DNA of 64,000 nt, taken from Lachnospiraceae bacterium UBA7196 (GTDB lineage: Bacteria; Bacillota; Clostridia; Lachnospirales; Lachnospiraceae). Positions 28,473 through 38,202 of this stretch are shown here, piece by piece. Below the pieces are notes generated by a model that did not search any database, had not been told where the DNA came from, and saw only the letters and a program-made list of their open reading frames with translations. Position numbers and translations under genes: made by a program. The stretch is taken from assembly GCA_002490835.1 (NCBI GenBank), contig DKUU01000020.1, positions 5,696 through 69,695 of the forward strand. The letters are read 5' to 3'. Each line of letters starts with the position of its first letter. Within the stretch, counting starts at the first letter, position 1.

Positions 28473-30641
28473 TTGAATAACATAGAGATTTCTATCCTAA
28501 ATTGCGAAAATCAGCTGCTTACCTGCAGGAAGCAGCTGAACGATCTGATCTGCGAATATGACAGCCAAAAGATCAATCATTCTCTGGTCAGTTATAAAAT
28601 CGGCTATCTGAAGAATGAAATCGATCAGATCGACCGTCAGTTAGCGATGCTGCGGGCTGAATTGTACGAACAGCCGCAGGAAACGGACATCCGGCAGCAG
28701 AATGGGAAACCGGCGCAGAATATGGAAGGAGCGCAGGGGCCGTTTGCGCAGCCGCAGAGGAATGTTCAGCCGGCTGCTGCGCCCGCAAAATCCAAGGATC
28801 TGGAAAATATCATCGGCAAATCATGGATGGGCATCTTTGCCTCGATCCTGATCTTTGTCAGTTTTATTCTGTTTGCCACATTGTTAGCTCCCTTTATCAC
28901 GGATGCCATCAAAATGGCGGCAATGTATCTTGTGAGCATATCCTTTACGCTGTTCGGCCTTATCAAGTTAAGAAAGCATCATAACAAACTGTATCTGGCC
29001 ATCAGCAGCTGCGGGGTCAGTGCGGTCTGGCTTTCCCTGTTTTTGACCAATCTGTACTTCAAAGCGATAGGAGAGGTCGCACTTTACCTGTGCATCCTGA
29101 TCTGGGCGGTGTTTGTCTGCTATTTATCGAGATGGCGGGACCGGGTATTTCAGATCATAGGTCAGAGCGGCATTACGATTGCCTTGTTTTTTGGGATCAT
29201 TTTATGTACGGAGACAGAAGACAGTGTTAAATTTCTGATGCTGGGGCTGTTTTTTGCGGTGACTGCGTCTATCTTCTATGCGAGCAGCTACACAAGGGAA
29301 TTTCGTAAAAATATTATCAATAACGCATTTAACGCGGTGAATCTCTTTCAATTGCTGGTCGGTTATTGTCTGATGGATGCGCCGAAACTATTTTCGGGGG
29401 AGAAGGTATCCGGAGGATGGACGGCCTATTGTATCGAGATGACCGGCATTGTGATTTTGATATTCATTCTGCTGCAGTTCGCGGTGTTCCTTGTCTCCAC
29501 ATTGAAAGAAGATAATATAGATTTTGGCCTCTTTATGATCGCCAATGCCATGCTGACGATGCTTTTTGTCTTCCGCATGACACATGGAGCGGAGGACAGT
29601 CTCAGGGGCGCGGTCTATTTAGGGATCAGCTTTATGCTGCTGGCCGTGATAGAAAACAAATTTGCGGACAGGAAGGATGACGGCAGGACGCTGATGCAGG
29701 TCTTTATTCCGCCCCTGTTTATCCTGTCTGTTTTCATGATCGACCTCTTTCAGGATCATATCGGCCTGTCGTTCGTCATGGTTTTGTTTCTCCTGTTGGG
29801 ATATTATAAAAATGACGCTGTCTATAAGTATGAAAGCCTGATCGTCGCGGCCATTTACTGCTTTGCCGGCCTGAAGTACCCCATAGAACATTTTGGATTG
29901 GGACTGCTGTTCTTTGCGGCCCTTGCCGTTTTACTGTATCGTAAAAAGGAACAGTACCGCACTGCCTTTAAGTTATACGCCTATTTCATCGGACTGCTCT
30001 TTGTTTCTGTGGATCTGTACAGGCTGTTGGATGGTGTTGATATCAAATACGATATCGTCAGGACGGTTATCTTTACGGCGGCGGCATTGCTGAATGTTCT
30101 TGCGGCCAAAAGCATCTTTGTCAAAAATTTTCAGACGCTTGAGACGGAAAAGGTCTGCGCCAAAGCGGTAGGCATCACGAATGCGCTGTTTATGGTATAC
30201 AGCCTGTATGTCCTTGCGGATACGAAAAATGAGGTCTGCCACTTCATTCTTGTCTTACTGGCAATGATTATCTTTCTGGTCAATACAAAGAATCTTCTAA
30301 AACGGCATCAGGGGATGTGGCCGGGCATCTATATTGGGATCAAACTCACGGTTCTGATCGTCACCATCTTATCTTCCTATGATACGGCGAATTATGTGAT
30401 CAGTATTTCCGCCTTCCTGTTTGCCATCGTCAGCATCGTCGTCGGATTTCGGTTTGTCTTTAAGTCATTCCGCATCTACGGGCTGGTTCTTTCGCTGCTC
30501 AGCGTGGCAAAACTGATTTTGGTTGACATCAGTTACGAGAATACGCTGGGACATGCCCTGAGCTTTTTTGTCTGCGGTATCCTGTGTTTTGTCATCAGTC
30601 TCATCTATCATCTGATCGATAAGAAAGTGCAGGAAAAATGA
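28473..30641 (+). CDS. Large polytopic membrane protein, DUF2339-like
   Basis: TTG start with AGGGAGA 7 nt upstream. N-terminal coiled coil and a Gln/Pro-rich segment are followed by about 20 TM helices. Confidence 0.6.
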   Translation: MNNIEISILNCENQLLTCRKQLNDLICEYDSQKINHSLVSYKIGYLKNEIDQIDRQLAMLRAELYEQPQETDIRQQNGKPAQNMEGAQGPFAQPQRNVQPAAAPAKSKDLENIIGKSWMGIFASILIFVSFILFATLLAPFITDAIKMAAMYLVSISFTLFGLIKLRKHHNKLYLAISSCGVSAVWLSLFLTNLYFKAIGEVALYLCILIWAVFVCYLSRWRDRVFQIIGQSGITIALFFGIILCTETEDSVKFLMLGLFFAVTASIFYASSYTREFRKNIINNAFNAVNLFQLLVGYCLMDAPKLFSGEKVSGGWTAYCIEMTGIVILIFILLQFAVFLVSTLKEDNIDFGLFMIANAMLTMLFVFRMTHGAEDSLRGAVYLGISFMLLAVIENKFADRKDDGRTLMQVFIPPLFILSVFMIDLFQDHIGLSFVMVLFLLLGYYKNDAVYKYESLIVAAIYCFAGLKYPIEHFGLGLLFFAALAVLLYRKKEQYRTAFKLYAYFIGLLFVSVDLYRLLDGVDIKYDIVRTVIFTAAALLNVLAAKSIFVKNFQTLETEKVCAKAVGITNALFMVYSLYVLADTKNEVCHFILVLLAMIIFLVNTKNLLKRHQGMWPGIYIGIKLTVLIVTILSSYDTANYVISISAFLFAIVSIVVGFRFVFKSFRIYGLVLSLLSVAKLILVDISYENTLGHALSFFVCGILCFVISLIYHLIDKKVQEK

Positions 30642-30676
30642 AAAAACATTTCACCTTTGTTCCATAAATAAAATGT

Positions 30677-30705
30677 TTGAAACGGGATAAAATACGTGTT
30701 ATAAT
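30677..30705 (+). promoter_or_regulatory. Sigma-A-type promoter with extended -10, upstream of ATPase paralog 2
   Basis: TTGAAA (30677-30682), 17-nt spacer, TGtTATAAT (30697-30705). Confidence 0.5.
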
Positions 30706-30760
30706 TTATTCAACATAATTTTATTCAAATAATTTTTATTAAAATATATTTTATTAAAAT
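30705..30760 (+). repeat. Four direct copies of TTTATT(C/A)AA at an exact 15-bp period
   Basis: Copies start at 30705, 30720, 30735 and 30750. The last two extend to the 12-mer TTTTATTAAAAT. The array begins at the -10 element and runs into the leader of the 30805 gene. Confidence 0.85.
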
Positions 30761-30804
30761 CATTTTGAATAAAGTACATGGATTATTAAAAGAGGTGAAA
30801 GCGC

Positions 30805-32223
30805 ATGTTTATCGGCAGGGACAGGCAGTTACAAAGCTTACAGAAGCTCTATGAAAAAGAAGGATTCGCTATGTCGGTGATCTACGGGCGCAGGCGGATC
30901 GGGAAATCCACGCTGATCGTTGAGTTTGTGAAAGATAAGAAAAATATCTTTTATACCGCGACGAAGGTGGGCGGAGAAAAGAATCTCGAATTGTTTTCCA
31001 AACAGGCGCTGGCGGCATTGGAGCCGGCTTTGGGAGATGCGGCCTTTTCGTCGGTGGAGGCCGTTTTTGATTTTATCAGTCAGAAAATGCCGGATGAAAA
31101 GCTGGTGCTTGTGATCGATGAACTGCCTTATTGGGCGGAAAAAGACGAGGCGCTTCTTTCCGTCATGCAAAAATATATCGATACTGTGTGGAATGATAAA
31201 AACCTGATGATCATACTCTGCGGGTCCGCGCTCAGCTTTATGGAAAATAAAGTACTCAGCGAGAAAAGTCCGCTGTTTGGCAGAAGAGATTCCCAGATTA
31301 AGCTGGAGGCTTTTTCTTATAAGGAGACGGCTCTTTTTGTGCCGGATTATCCGGCGGAAGATAAAGCCATATGCTATGGGATAACGGGCGGCGTGGCAAA
31401 ATATCTTTCCCTGATCGACAAAGACAAGAGCCTTGATGAGAATATCAAAAAACTGTTTTTCCATCCCGACGGCTATCTGTATGATGAGACCAGAAATCTG
31501 CTTACGCAGGAGTTTACTGATATTACGCTGGTAAATAATGTCATTGAGCAGATTGCATCCGGTGTGAATACGCTGAACGGCATTGCGGGCAAGGTGAAAG
31601 AGAAAGAGCCTACTGTCCTGTATACACTGGAAAAACTGATCAGGGTAGGACTGGCGGAAAAGAAAAAGTGTATGACTGAGGAGAAAAATAAGAAAAAAAC
31701 GCAGTATGTGTTAAGGGATCACATGTTTAAATTCTGGTATGACTTTATCCCTAAGGCGCACAGCGTTATTGAGATGGGACAGGGCGACCTCTATTATGAA
31801 AAGGCGGTAAAACCGAATCTGCATGCCTTTATGGGAAGTGTCTTCGAGGAGATGTGTAGATACTATACACTGGAACAGGGCATACAGGGCCGGTATGACG
31901 GCTTCCTTACGCAGGTTGGCAGCTGGTGGGGCACAGAGCAGGTGGAAAACCAGACGGGAGAAAAGGTCTGTCAGTCTGCCGATATCGACGTATTTGCAGT
32001 CTCGGAAACAGATAAAACGGCAGTGGTCGGTGAATGTAAATTCCGGAATGAAAAAGTGGATAAAGCGGTGTATGATACGCTCCTTCAGCGGGCGGCTCTG
32101 GCCGCAGGGAAATACAGGGTGACAAAATATCTGTTTTTCTCGTTAGGCGGATACACGGATTGGTTTCATGCCAATGCAAACCGCGATGTGGTGCTGCTCA
32201 CATTGGATGATTTATACGCCTGA
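30805..32223 (+). CDS. AAA+ (Arch_ATPase-like) ATPase with wHTH and C-terminal DUF234 domain, paralog 2
   Basis: Walker A is YGRRRIGKSTLI and Walker B is LVLVIDELPYW. C-terminal DIDVF..VGECKF is an intact PD-(D/E)xK-like motif. By manual alignment, 27 of the first 52 residues match paralog 1. Confidence 0.82.
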   Translation: MFIGRDRQLQSLQKLYEKEGFAMSVIYGRRRIGKSTLIVEFVKDKKNIFYTATKVGGEKNLELFSKQALAALEPALGDAAFSSVEAVFDFISQKMPDEKLVLVIDELPYWAEKDEALLSVMQKYIDTVWNDKNLMIILCGSALSFMENKVLSEKSPLFGRRDSQIKLEAFSYKETALFVPDYPAEDKAICYGITGGVAKYLSLIDKDKSLDENIKKLFFHPDGYLYDETRNLLTQEFTDITLVNNVIEQIASGVNTLNGIAGKVKEKEPTVLYTLEKLIRVGLAEKKKCMTEEKNKKKTQYVLRDHMFKFWYDFIPKAHSVIEMGQGDLYYEKAVKPNLHAFMGSVFEEMCRYYTLEQGIQGRYDGFLTQVGSWWGTEQVENQTGEKVCQSADIDVFAVSETDKTAVVGECKFRNEKVDKAVYDTLLQRAALAAGKYRVTKYLFFSLGGYTDWFHANANRDVVLLTLDDLYA

Positions 32224-34113
32224 TTCCTTTCGCTTCCTTTTATTTTCATACATCTTTTCATCCGCTTCTTTCATCAGCTTTTCGTAGTCCGCAGGCTGGT
32301 CGCTCAGACTAAAACCGAAGGAAAACTGAAGCGGAACGCGCACCTGATCGTTTAAGTCGGCAAAGCTGTTACTTTGCAGACCGGTGAGCAGCGCGATGGT
32401 GTCGGTCAATTCCTGCTCGCTGCCATAGCGGTACAGGAATAGCAGGAATTCGTCGCCGCCAAGTCTTGCGGACACACAGCTTTTGGGACCGAAATCCCGA
32501 AGCAGCGAGGCAATCTCCTTTAAGTAGACGTCGCCGGCGTCATGGCCGTAGGTATCGTTGATCGTTTTTAAATTATCCGCATCGATCATGACCACCGCGC
32601 TGCAGCCGAGTGTTTCCGGCTCGCCAAACAGGGCGGAAAGTCTGATTTCCAGACCGCGGCGGTTGAAAAGACCGGTCAGCAGATCATAATCCCGCTCGGC
32701 TTCTATTTTGCGACGTCTTTTGATCTCCTCCGTCACATCGATGACAACGCCGAAGATTTCATTCTCCTTGTCCAGTTCCTCCAGTTTCACATAGTGCTCT
32801 TTCAAGGCGTATACATTGGTTTCACCGGCAACAGGATCGCTGCGCAGCGCAGTGATAAACGACTGAAACAATGTATAATCGGAAGACAATCTATCGGCCT
32901 CGTCCGCTTCCAGACAGAGGATGCGGGGCACGTGCTGAGTGATCCGCACCCGCTTCATATGGTGGTTGTACTCGTATACGCCGATATACATATTTGTCTT
33001 GCTTAAAACGTAAGACATTTTTTTATTATTATCCAAAAGACTCTGTTTCATGCGGTTGATGTAACCGCTCAGCTCCGAAAACTCCACGCTGTTTTGTATG
33101 TCGATCATTTCGTCTAGATTGCCCTGCGTAATGCTGTGCAGTTTTTCGTTTACGCTGCGGATTCCTCCAACGACATAGAGATTCATATATTTGGTGACGA
33201 CGTGGGAGAGGATAAACGCAATGGTGATCAGGCAGACCGCCAGAGCGGCCGTTATGGGCGGGATGCCCCTGTACATCTCGTGGCAGGAGAGGACGCGGCC
33301 GATATAATTGCCGTTTTTTTCGCGAAAGACACAGTAGGAATTTACGCCATTTACTTTGGCGTGAAACGATGTCGTACCTACAGCGATCTTGTCAAGGTCA
33401 AGGCCGATGTCCGAAAGATTTTTGCCGACACTTGGCAGATCGGTGGAGCCGACGATCTCACCGGAACCGACCACAGCGTAATAATTTGCTTGCGGATTGA
33501 CGCGGAACAGGGAAAAAAGATAGGAAAGCTCGTTTTTCTCAGTCGCTTTCAGGACATTGACGGGCTCCATGCCTACCTGCACGATGAACGCTTCGCTTTT
33601 GCTCCAGAGCGCGGAGTACTGCATTAGTTTCGCTTCCGCCGTATTGGGGGTGATGTCCTGCACAAGGCACAGGGATTTATCTGTAAGCAGGGGTTTGAAA
33701 AAACGCATCTGCTCTCCGGAATCAAAGGTATAATCATAATATTCAGGGTGGGTTCCCGCATAGATACGGCCTGTGGTATCGAAAATGTGAATCTCATCTA
33801 CTTCCATCATTCTGGCAATCCGCTTCAGCTCCTCCACGCTGTCTAAGACGGAAGGATTATCTTCAATGATATAGGCGATCGCTTCCGCGTTGTGCTGACA
33901 TGTCTGCTGATAGGCTGCCTTAGTTTCTTCAAGCTCTTCCTGATTTCGTTCCAGAAGCTGTCCGATCTGGTAAAAGGTTTCTCCGGCGGTTTCCCGCGCC
34001 AGCTTCTGCTCGTGTGTGAACTGGAAATATAAAATCACTGCCAGAAGAAAGGCTACGAGCAGAAAGGTGACATGGCGCATATAATGACTGATGATATTTC
34101 TAAGAGTCTGCAT
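32212..34113 (-). CDS. Membrane-bound sensor diguanylate cyclase (GGDEF)
   Basis: TM helix, about 270-aa extracytoplasmic region, second TM helix, then a linker. GGDEF domain has LLTGLFNRRGL, DADNLKTINDTYGHDAGD and RLGGDEFLL. No RxxD I-site precedes GGDEF. The 3' end overlaps the convergent ATPase gene by 12 nt. Confidence 0.86.
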   Translation of the reverse strand: MQTLRNIISHYMRHVTFLLVAFLLAVILYFQFTHEQKLARETAGETFYQIGQLLERNQEELEETKAAYQQTCQHNAEAIAYIIEDNPSVLDSVEELKRIARMMEVDEIHIFDTTGRIYAGTHPEYYDYTFDSGEQMRFFKPLLTDKSLCLVQDITPNTAEAKLMQYSALWSKSEAFIVQVGMEPVNVLKATEKNELSYLFSLFRVNPQANYYAVVGSGEIVGSTDLPSVGKNLSDIGLDLDKIAVGTTSFHAKVNGVNSYCVFREKNGNYIGRVLSCHEMYRGIPPITAALAVCLITIAFILSHVVTKYMNLYVVGGIRSVNEKLHSITQGNLDEMIDIQNSVEFSELSGYINRMKQSLLDNNKKMSYVLSKTNMYIGVYEYNHHMKRVRITQHVPRILCLEADEADRLSSDYTLFQSFITALRSDPVAGETNVYALKEHYVKLEELDKENEIFGVVIDVTEEIKRRRKIEAERDYDLLTGLFNRRGLEIRLSALFGEPETLGCSAVVMIDADNLKTINDTYGHDAGDVYLKEIASLLRDFGPKSCVSARLGGDEFLLFLYRYGSEQELTDTIALLTGLQSNSFADLNDQVRVPLQFSFGFSLSDQPADYEKLMKEADEKMYENKRKRKESGV

Positions 34114-34211
34114 GGATATCTCCTTTGAGGATTCCGGTCTATAACACGGACAACTGGTTTACATAAATCAACTCAAACAGATAGCGGTAATTATATGAAA
34201 CCGTACATAAG

Positions 34212-34227
34212 ATACTATATATAGTAT
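34212..34227. promoter_or_regulatory. Perfect 16-bp palindrome ATACTATATATAGTAT in the divergent intergenic region
   Basis: Read directly. It lies about 100 nt upstream of the GGDEF start and about 190 nt upstream of the membrane-protein start. Confidence 0.4.
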
Positions 34228-34416
34228 GGTGTGTCAAGAAAAAAGGACATTTTGCGGGAAATGCGCCATTATTTGCGAAACTTAAGTAAATTTACCCTCA
34301 AATAAAAAATAGGGGGAATACTTGCACAGGGACAGATCAGAATGGTAAACTGATTGAGGGAAAACGAAACGAAAACGGTGACCATAGGATGTCACGGGTG
34401 AGGCAGAGGAGCAAAG

Positions 34417-36816
34417 ATGGATCCTGCAATGGAGAAAAATGCGTGTGATCGCGGTCATAAGTTTAATAGAGAATGTCTGGTCCTGACGGCCGGGCTTTTG
34501 CTGATGCTTCTGGTCTTATCACGTTATGTTGTGAATGGACAACCGGTGGATATCAGAAGCGACAATGCAAAGACAGAGATCGGACTGCCGCTTAGCGACG
34601 ATGTCGAAATTATGCAGCCGATGATCATCACGGAGGAGATGAACTGGCGGCAGGGGTACTATGCGCTGCGTTTTACGTACTGTGATAAGAACAGTGACGG
34701 GCGGGTCGTTTATACGGTCAGGCAGGGGGAAGCGCTGCAGAAGGGAAGCATTGCACTGTGTGATATCGATGCCGGTGAGTGGACGCGGCTTTCCGGACTT
34801 TCGCCCGGCCGGCTGGAAGCCGGAGAAGCGCTCCTTATGCTTAGCACGGAAGGTGTGGCGCAGGGAGCGCTTGAGATCGGTGCCGGAGAAGATTATTACG
34901 GTTTCGGCATTGCGGAATATAATGGTGTAAAGCAGAGTCTTACGCTGGCACAGGCATATCATTATCATATTGTGGATATGGAGTATCGGATTAGACTGGT
35001 TTGTTATGCCCTCGTTCTGTTGTGTGTCCTGCTGCTTATCTTGTTGGTAAGAGACGGACGGATTGGCGACAAAGGGAAGAGTCTGGCGGCGTTTGGCGTG
35101 ATGACGGTACTGTTTATGGCCGTTATCTATCTGCTGGACAGTTCGATCTACATACAGCCGACTTATGCGGAGGCGGTGACGAATTTCCTTAAATTTGCGC
35201 GGGAAAAGAAATTTATGGATAATTTGCTGGTTACGGACGCGGGTTATCTTCCGCTGCTGCCGCGCCTGATCACTTTGTTTTTTGTGAAAGTCTTACGGGT
35301 ACCGGCCGCATATGCGCTGTATTTAATGCAATTCACGGCTTGTTTATTGTGCAGTATGATCTGGTCGTTTTTTGTACTGTATCCTTTTCACCGGTTCATG
35401 AAGCTGTCCGGCCGGATCCTCTGGTGTATTCTGGTGATGCTGACATGCTTTTACGAGGAGACGCTGTTTTTTACCAATCATGCGTATTGGGGAATCTACT
35501 TTCTGCTCCTGATGATGATTGCCGATCTGAACGTATTTCCGCGGTGGCTCTATGCAGTATTGACAGCTTTTGGAGCGGTGTTTTGTCTTTCTAAGGGCAC
35601 CTATGCCGTTGTACTGCCGCTTGCGGTGCTTGCCATGGTCTTTTTCTATCGGAGCATGGACAGGCGGGAGAAGGTTTTTCTGTGCACGGCGGGAGCGGCT
35701 GCTTTATTGCAGATTTTGTATTCCTTTAGCGGGCAGGGTGACGGGGGCAGCTGGGTCTCTGCTGCGGCAAACGGCGGGATCGCATACTGGATCAGGCTGG
35801 TCTGCAGGGCGTTTGTGGAATTTACCGCCTATTTGCTGCGACCGCTTGGAGGTGCGATAAACCGGATACCTATAGTTATTTTATTGTTAACGCTTGTGGC
35901 GATTGGCTTTCTGGTGGCAGGTTTTACAGGGAAGGTGCTGCTTTCTCTCCTGCGTGGAAAGAAAGTGAGCAGGCCGCAGAGGAATTTCTGGCTCATTGTG
36001 ATGTACCAGATGATCGTGACGGTATTTTTTTTGGTGACTGTTAAGGCGGTTCCGGATTCATGGAAGAATATGGGCTTTATTTCATTTCGACAGATGGGTC
36101 ATAAATATGAGATTTTTTCTTCTATCGGTTTTTATCTGCTGCTGCTGACGGGAAGCGGTTTGCTGCGGCAGGCAGCGGAAACCGGAGCGGCGAATGCAGA
36201 ATCCGCAGCGGGCAACGGGATCTGGCATGGCATATATGAAATCGGTAGTAGGTACGGTATTCTCGCGCTGACGGCAGTTTTTTGCCTGACGCACCCTGTC
36301 ATGCAGCTGACGGGATGGGCGCAGGCAAAAACATCCGATGGGCGGGTTTATGCCGGGGATATCAACGCAGACTGGCAGGCTTGTAAGGATATGATATATC
36401 GCAGCTCCTTTTTTGTTCCGGTTCGGGACGGCAACTGGGGATACAGCCGTAACGCTACGGTTTATCAGGTGGGGGCGGATGTTTATTTTGAGGAGACGTC
36501 CTGCGTTAATCTCGAAGAGAAGATAGCCGGTTACCGGAACACATATGAGATACAGGACGAAGCGACGGCACAGAATCTGATTGGCGTAATGATCGATCGT
36601 CCGGAGCGGATTCCTTATGCAGATTGTCGTATCCGGCTGTTGGATGCGGACGATCAGGTGATTGCAGAGACGGGACAGACAGGCGGCGGCAGATATAAGA
36701 AATGCTATTTCACGTTTGCCGATCCGGTAAGCGGCGTCAAAAAAATGGAATTTGTGGATGCCGACGGGGAACCGGTTTGGTATAAAGATTATATCGCATG
36801 GATCACGGCATGGTAA
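34417..36816 (+). CDS. Large polytopic membrane protein (799 aa), family unknown
   Basis: GAGGAG RBS. N-terminal TM helix, extracytoplasmic domain of about 150 aa, at least 12 TM helices, then a soluble C-terminal domain of about 200 aa. Confidence 0.6.
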   Translation: MDPAMEKNACDRGHKFNRECLVLTAGLLLMLLVLSRYVVNGQPVDIRSDNAKTEIGLPLSDDVEIMQPMIITEEMNWRQGYYALRFTYCDKNSDGRVVYTVRQGEALQKGSIALCDIDAGEWTRLSGLSPGRLEAGEALLMLSTEGVAQGALEIGAGEDYYGFGIAEYNGVKQSLTLAQAYHYHIVDMEYRIRLVCYALVLLCVLLLILLVRDGRIGDKGKSLAAFGVMTVLFMAVIYLLDSSIYIQPTYAEAVTNFLKFAREKKFMDNLLVTDAGYLPLLPRLITLFFVKVLRVPAAYALYLMQFTACLLCSMIWSFFVLYPFHRFMKLSGRILWCILVMLTCFYEETLFFTNHAYWGIYFLLLMMIADLNVFPRWLYAVLTAFGAVFCLSKGTYAVVLPLAVLAMVFFYRSMDRREKVFLCTAGAAALLQILYSFSGQGDGGSWVSAAANGGIAYWIRLVCRAFVEFTAYLLRPLGGAINRIPIVILLLTLVAIGFLVAGFTGKVLLSLLRGKKVSRPQRNFWLIVMYQMIVTVFFLVTVKAVPDSWKNMGFISFRQMGHKYEIFSSIGFYLLLLTGSGLLRQAAETGAANAESAAGNGIWHGIYEIGSRYGILALTAVFCLTHPVMQLTGWAQAKTSDGRVYAGDINADWQACKDMIYRSSFFVPVRDGNWGYSRNATVYQVGADVYFEETSCVNLEEKIAGYRNTYEIQDEATAQNLIGVMIDRPERIPYADCRIRLLDADDQVIAETGQTGGGRYKKCYFTFADPVSGVKKMEFVDADGEPVWYKDYIAWITAW

Positions 36817-36888
36817 AACGGATATTCCTAAATGGTGAAGAACGGCAGATTTAGGCGGTTAGAAGAAGGAAGCGGGGGAAAATCCACA

Positions 36889-36917
36889 TTGACATTCAGA
36901 GCCGGTAAGTGTATAAT
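36889..36917 (+). promoter_or_regulatory. Sigma-A-type promoter heading the chemosensory/HD-GYP operon
   Basis: TTGACA (36889-36894), 17-nt spacer, TATAAT (36912-36917). Confidence 0.55.
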
Positions 36918-37021
36918 AAAGCGGAAATTATGTAGTGTCAGATGTTATTTGAAAACATGTTACATAAAACAGGAAAGGGAGGGAGAGGTTTTGCCTGTTT
37001 CAGGGCAGACCCGGCGAGGAG

Positions 37022-38116
37022 ATGAGTGAGAATACGACCAGACAAAAGCTATTGATCGTGGATGACGAAGAAGTCAACAGAACCATACTCAGCCTGATGT
37101 TCGATTCCGATTATGACGTCGTGGAGGCGCAGAACGGGATGGAAGCGATCGACTTCATCGAAAAGGACGACGAGATCGCATTGATCCTGCTGGATGTGAT
37201 CATGCCGGTGATGGACGGTTTCGGCGTGCTTGACTACATGAAGGATAAGGAGCTTTTGGAAAAGATCCCCGTGATTCTGATCACGAGCATGACGCCGCAG
37301 GAGAGCGAGGAGAAGGCTTACGAGTACGGTATCGCGGATGTGATGCATAAGCCTTTTGAATCCGCTATCGTCAAGAGACGCGCGAAGAACATCATCGAAC
37401 TGTATCAGAATAAGAAGAATCTGGAAATTCGCTTAAAAGAGCGTGAGGAGACCATCCGCGAGCAGGAGAAGGCTATCCGCATGAACAACGAGTTCATGAT
37501 CGACGCCCTCGGCTCCGTCGTCGAGTTTAGGAGCGTTGAGACGGGCGACCATGTAAAGCGCATTAAGTACCTGACCAGAATCCTGTTAAAATACCTTGCG
37601 AAATATTTCCCGAAATACGGGCTGACGCCGGTGCAGATCGATCAGATCGCCAGAGCTTCCGCGCTCCATGACGTAGGTAAGATCGGCATTCCGGATTCCA
37701 TCCTCTTAAAGCCCGGAAAATTGACGCCGGATGAGTTTGAGGTGATGAAGACCCACACGACGATCGGCTGTGAGATACTGGAATCCTTCAAGCCGCAGTA
37801 TGAGGACGAATTTTATACCTACTGCTATGAGATCTGCCGCCACCATCACGAGAGAGCGGACGGCAAAGGGTATCCGGATCATCTGGCAGGGGATGAGATT
37901 CCGATCAGCGCGCAGATCGTTTCCATTGCGGACGTATATGAGGCGCTTGTCAGCGAGAGAGTCTATAAAACTGCATACAGCAATTCTGAGGCATATGAAA
38001 TGATCCTGAATGGAGAATGTGGACAGTTTTCGGACGACGTCATTGAGTGCTTTAAGCTTGCGAAAGAGGATTTCTTCAATATTGTGGAAGTGATCAATCT
38101 GTTCAATTTCACTTAA
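37022..38116 (+). CDS. Response regulator with a canonical HD-GYP output domain (RpfG-like)
   Basis: REC motifs LLIVDDEEVNR, ILLDVIMPVMDG and KP. Coiled-coil linker. HD-GYP motifs GDHVKRIKYL, ALHDVGKIGIPD, RHHHERADGKGYPDHL and IADVYEAL. Confidence 0.88.
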   Translation: MSENTTRQKLLIVDDEEVNRTILSLMFDSDYDVVEAQNGMEAIDFIEKDDEIALILLDVIMPVMDGFGVLDYMKDKELLEKIPVILITSMTPQESEEKAYEYGIADVMHKPFESAIVKRRAKNIIELYQNKKNLEIRLKEREETIREQEKAIRMNNEFMIDALGSVVEFRSVETGDHVKRIKYLTRILLKYLAKYFPKYGLTPVQIDQIARASALHDVGKIGIPDSILLKPGKLTPDEFEVMKTHTTIGCEILESFKPQYEDEFYTYCYEICRHHHERADGKGYPDHLAGDEIPISAQIVSIADVYEALVSERVYKTAYSNSEAYEMILNGECGQFSDDVIECFKLAKEDFFNIVEVINLFNFT

Positions 38117-38202
38117 AGGGTATCAGGCGACGAAGACTGTGAAACAGCGTGGTTTTGTTTTACAGTCTTTTTGTCATGACGGAAAGAGTGTGGAGGTAAA
38201 TT

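Noticed and set aside
34315-34400. Possible c-di-GMP-I (GEMM-I) riboswitch in the leader of the 799-aa membrane protein. GCACAGGGACAG resembles the GCACAGGGCAAAC core, and the context is rich in c-di-GMP genes.
   Set aside because: The second conserved half (GGACGCAAAGCC-like) and the GNRA tetraloop/receptor arrangement are not present. The helices I can draw are short and imperfect. A covariance-model scan (Rfam RF01051 and RF01786) would settle it.
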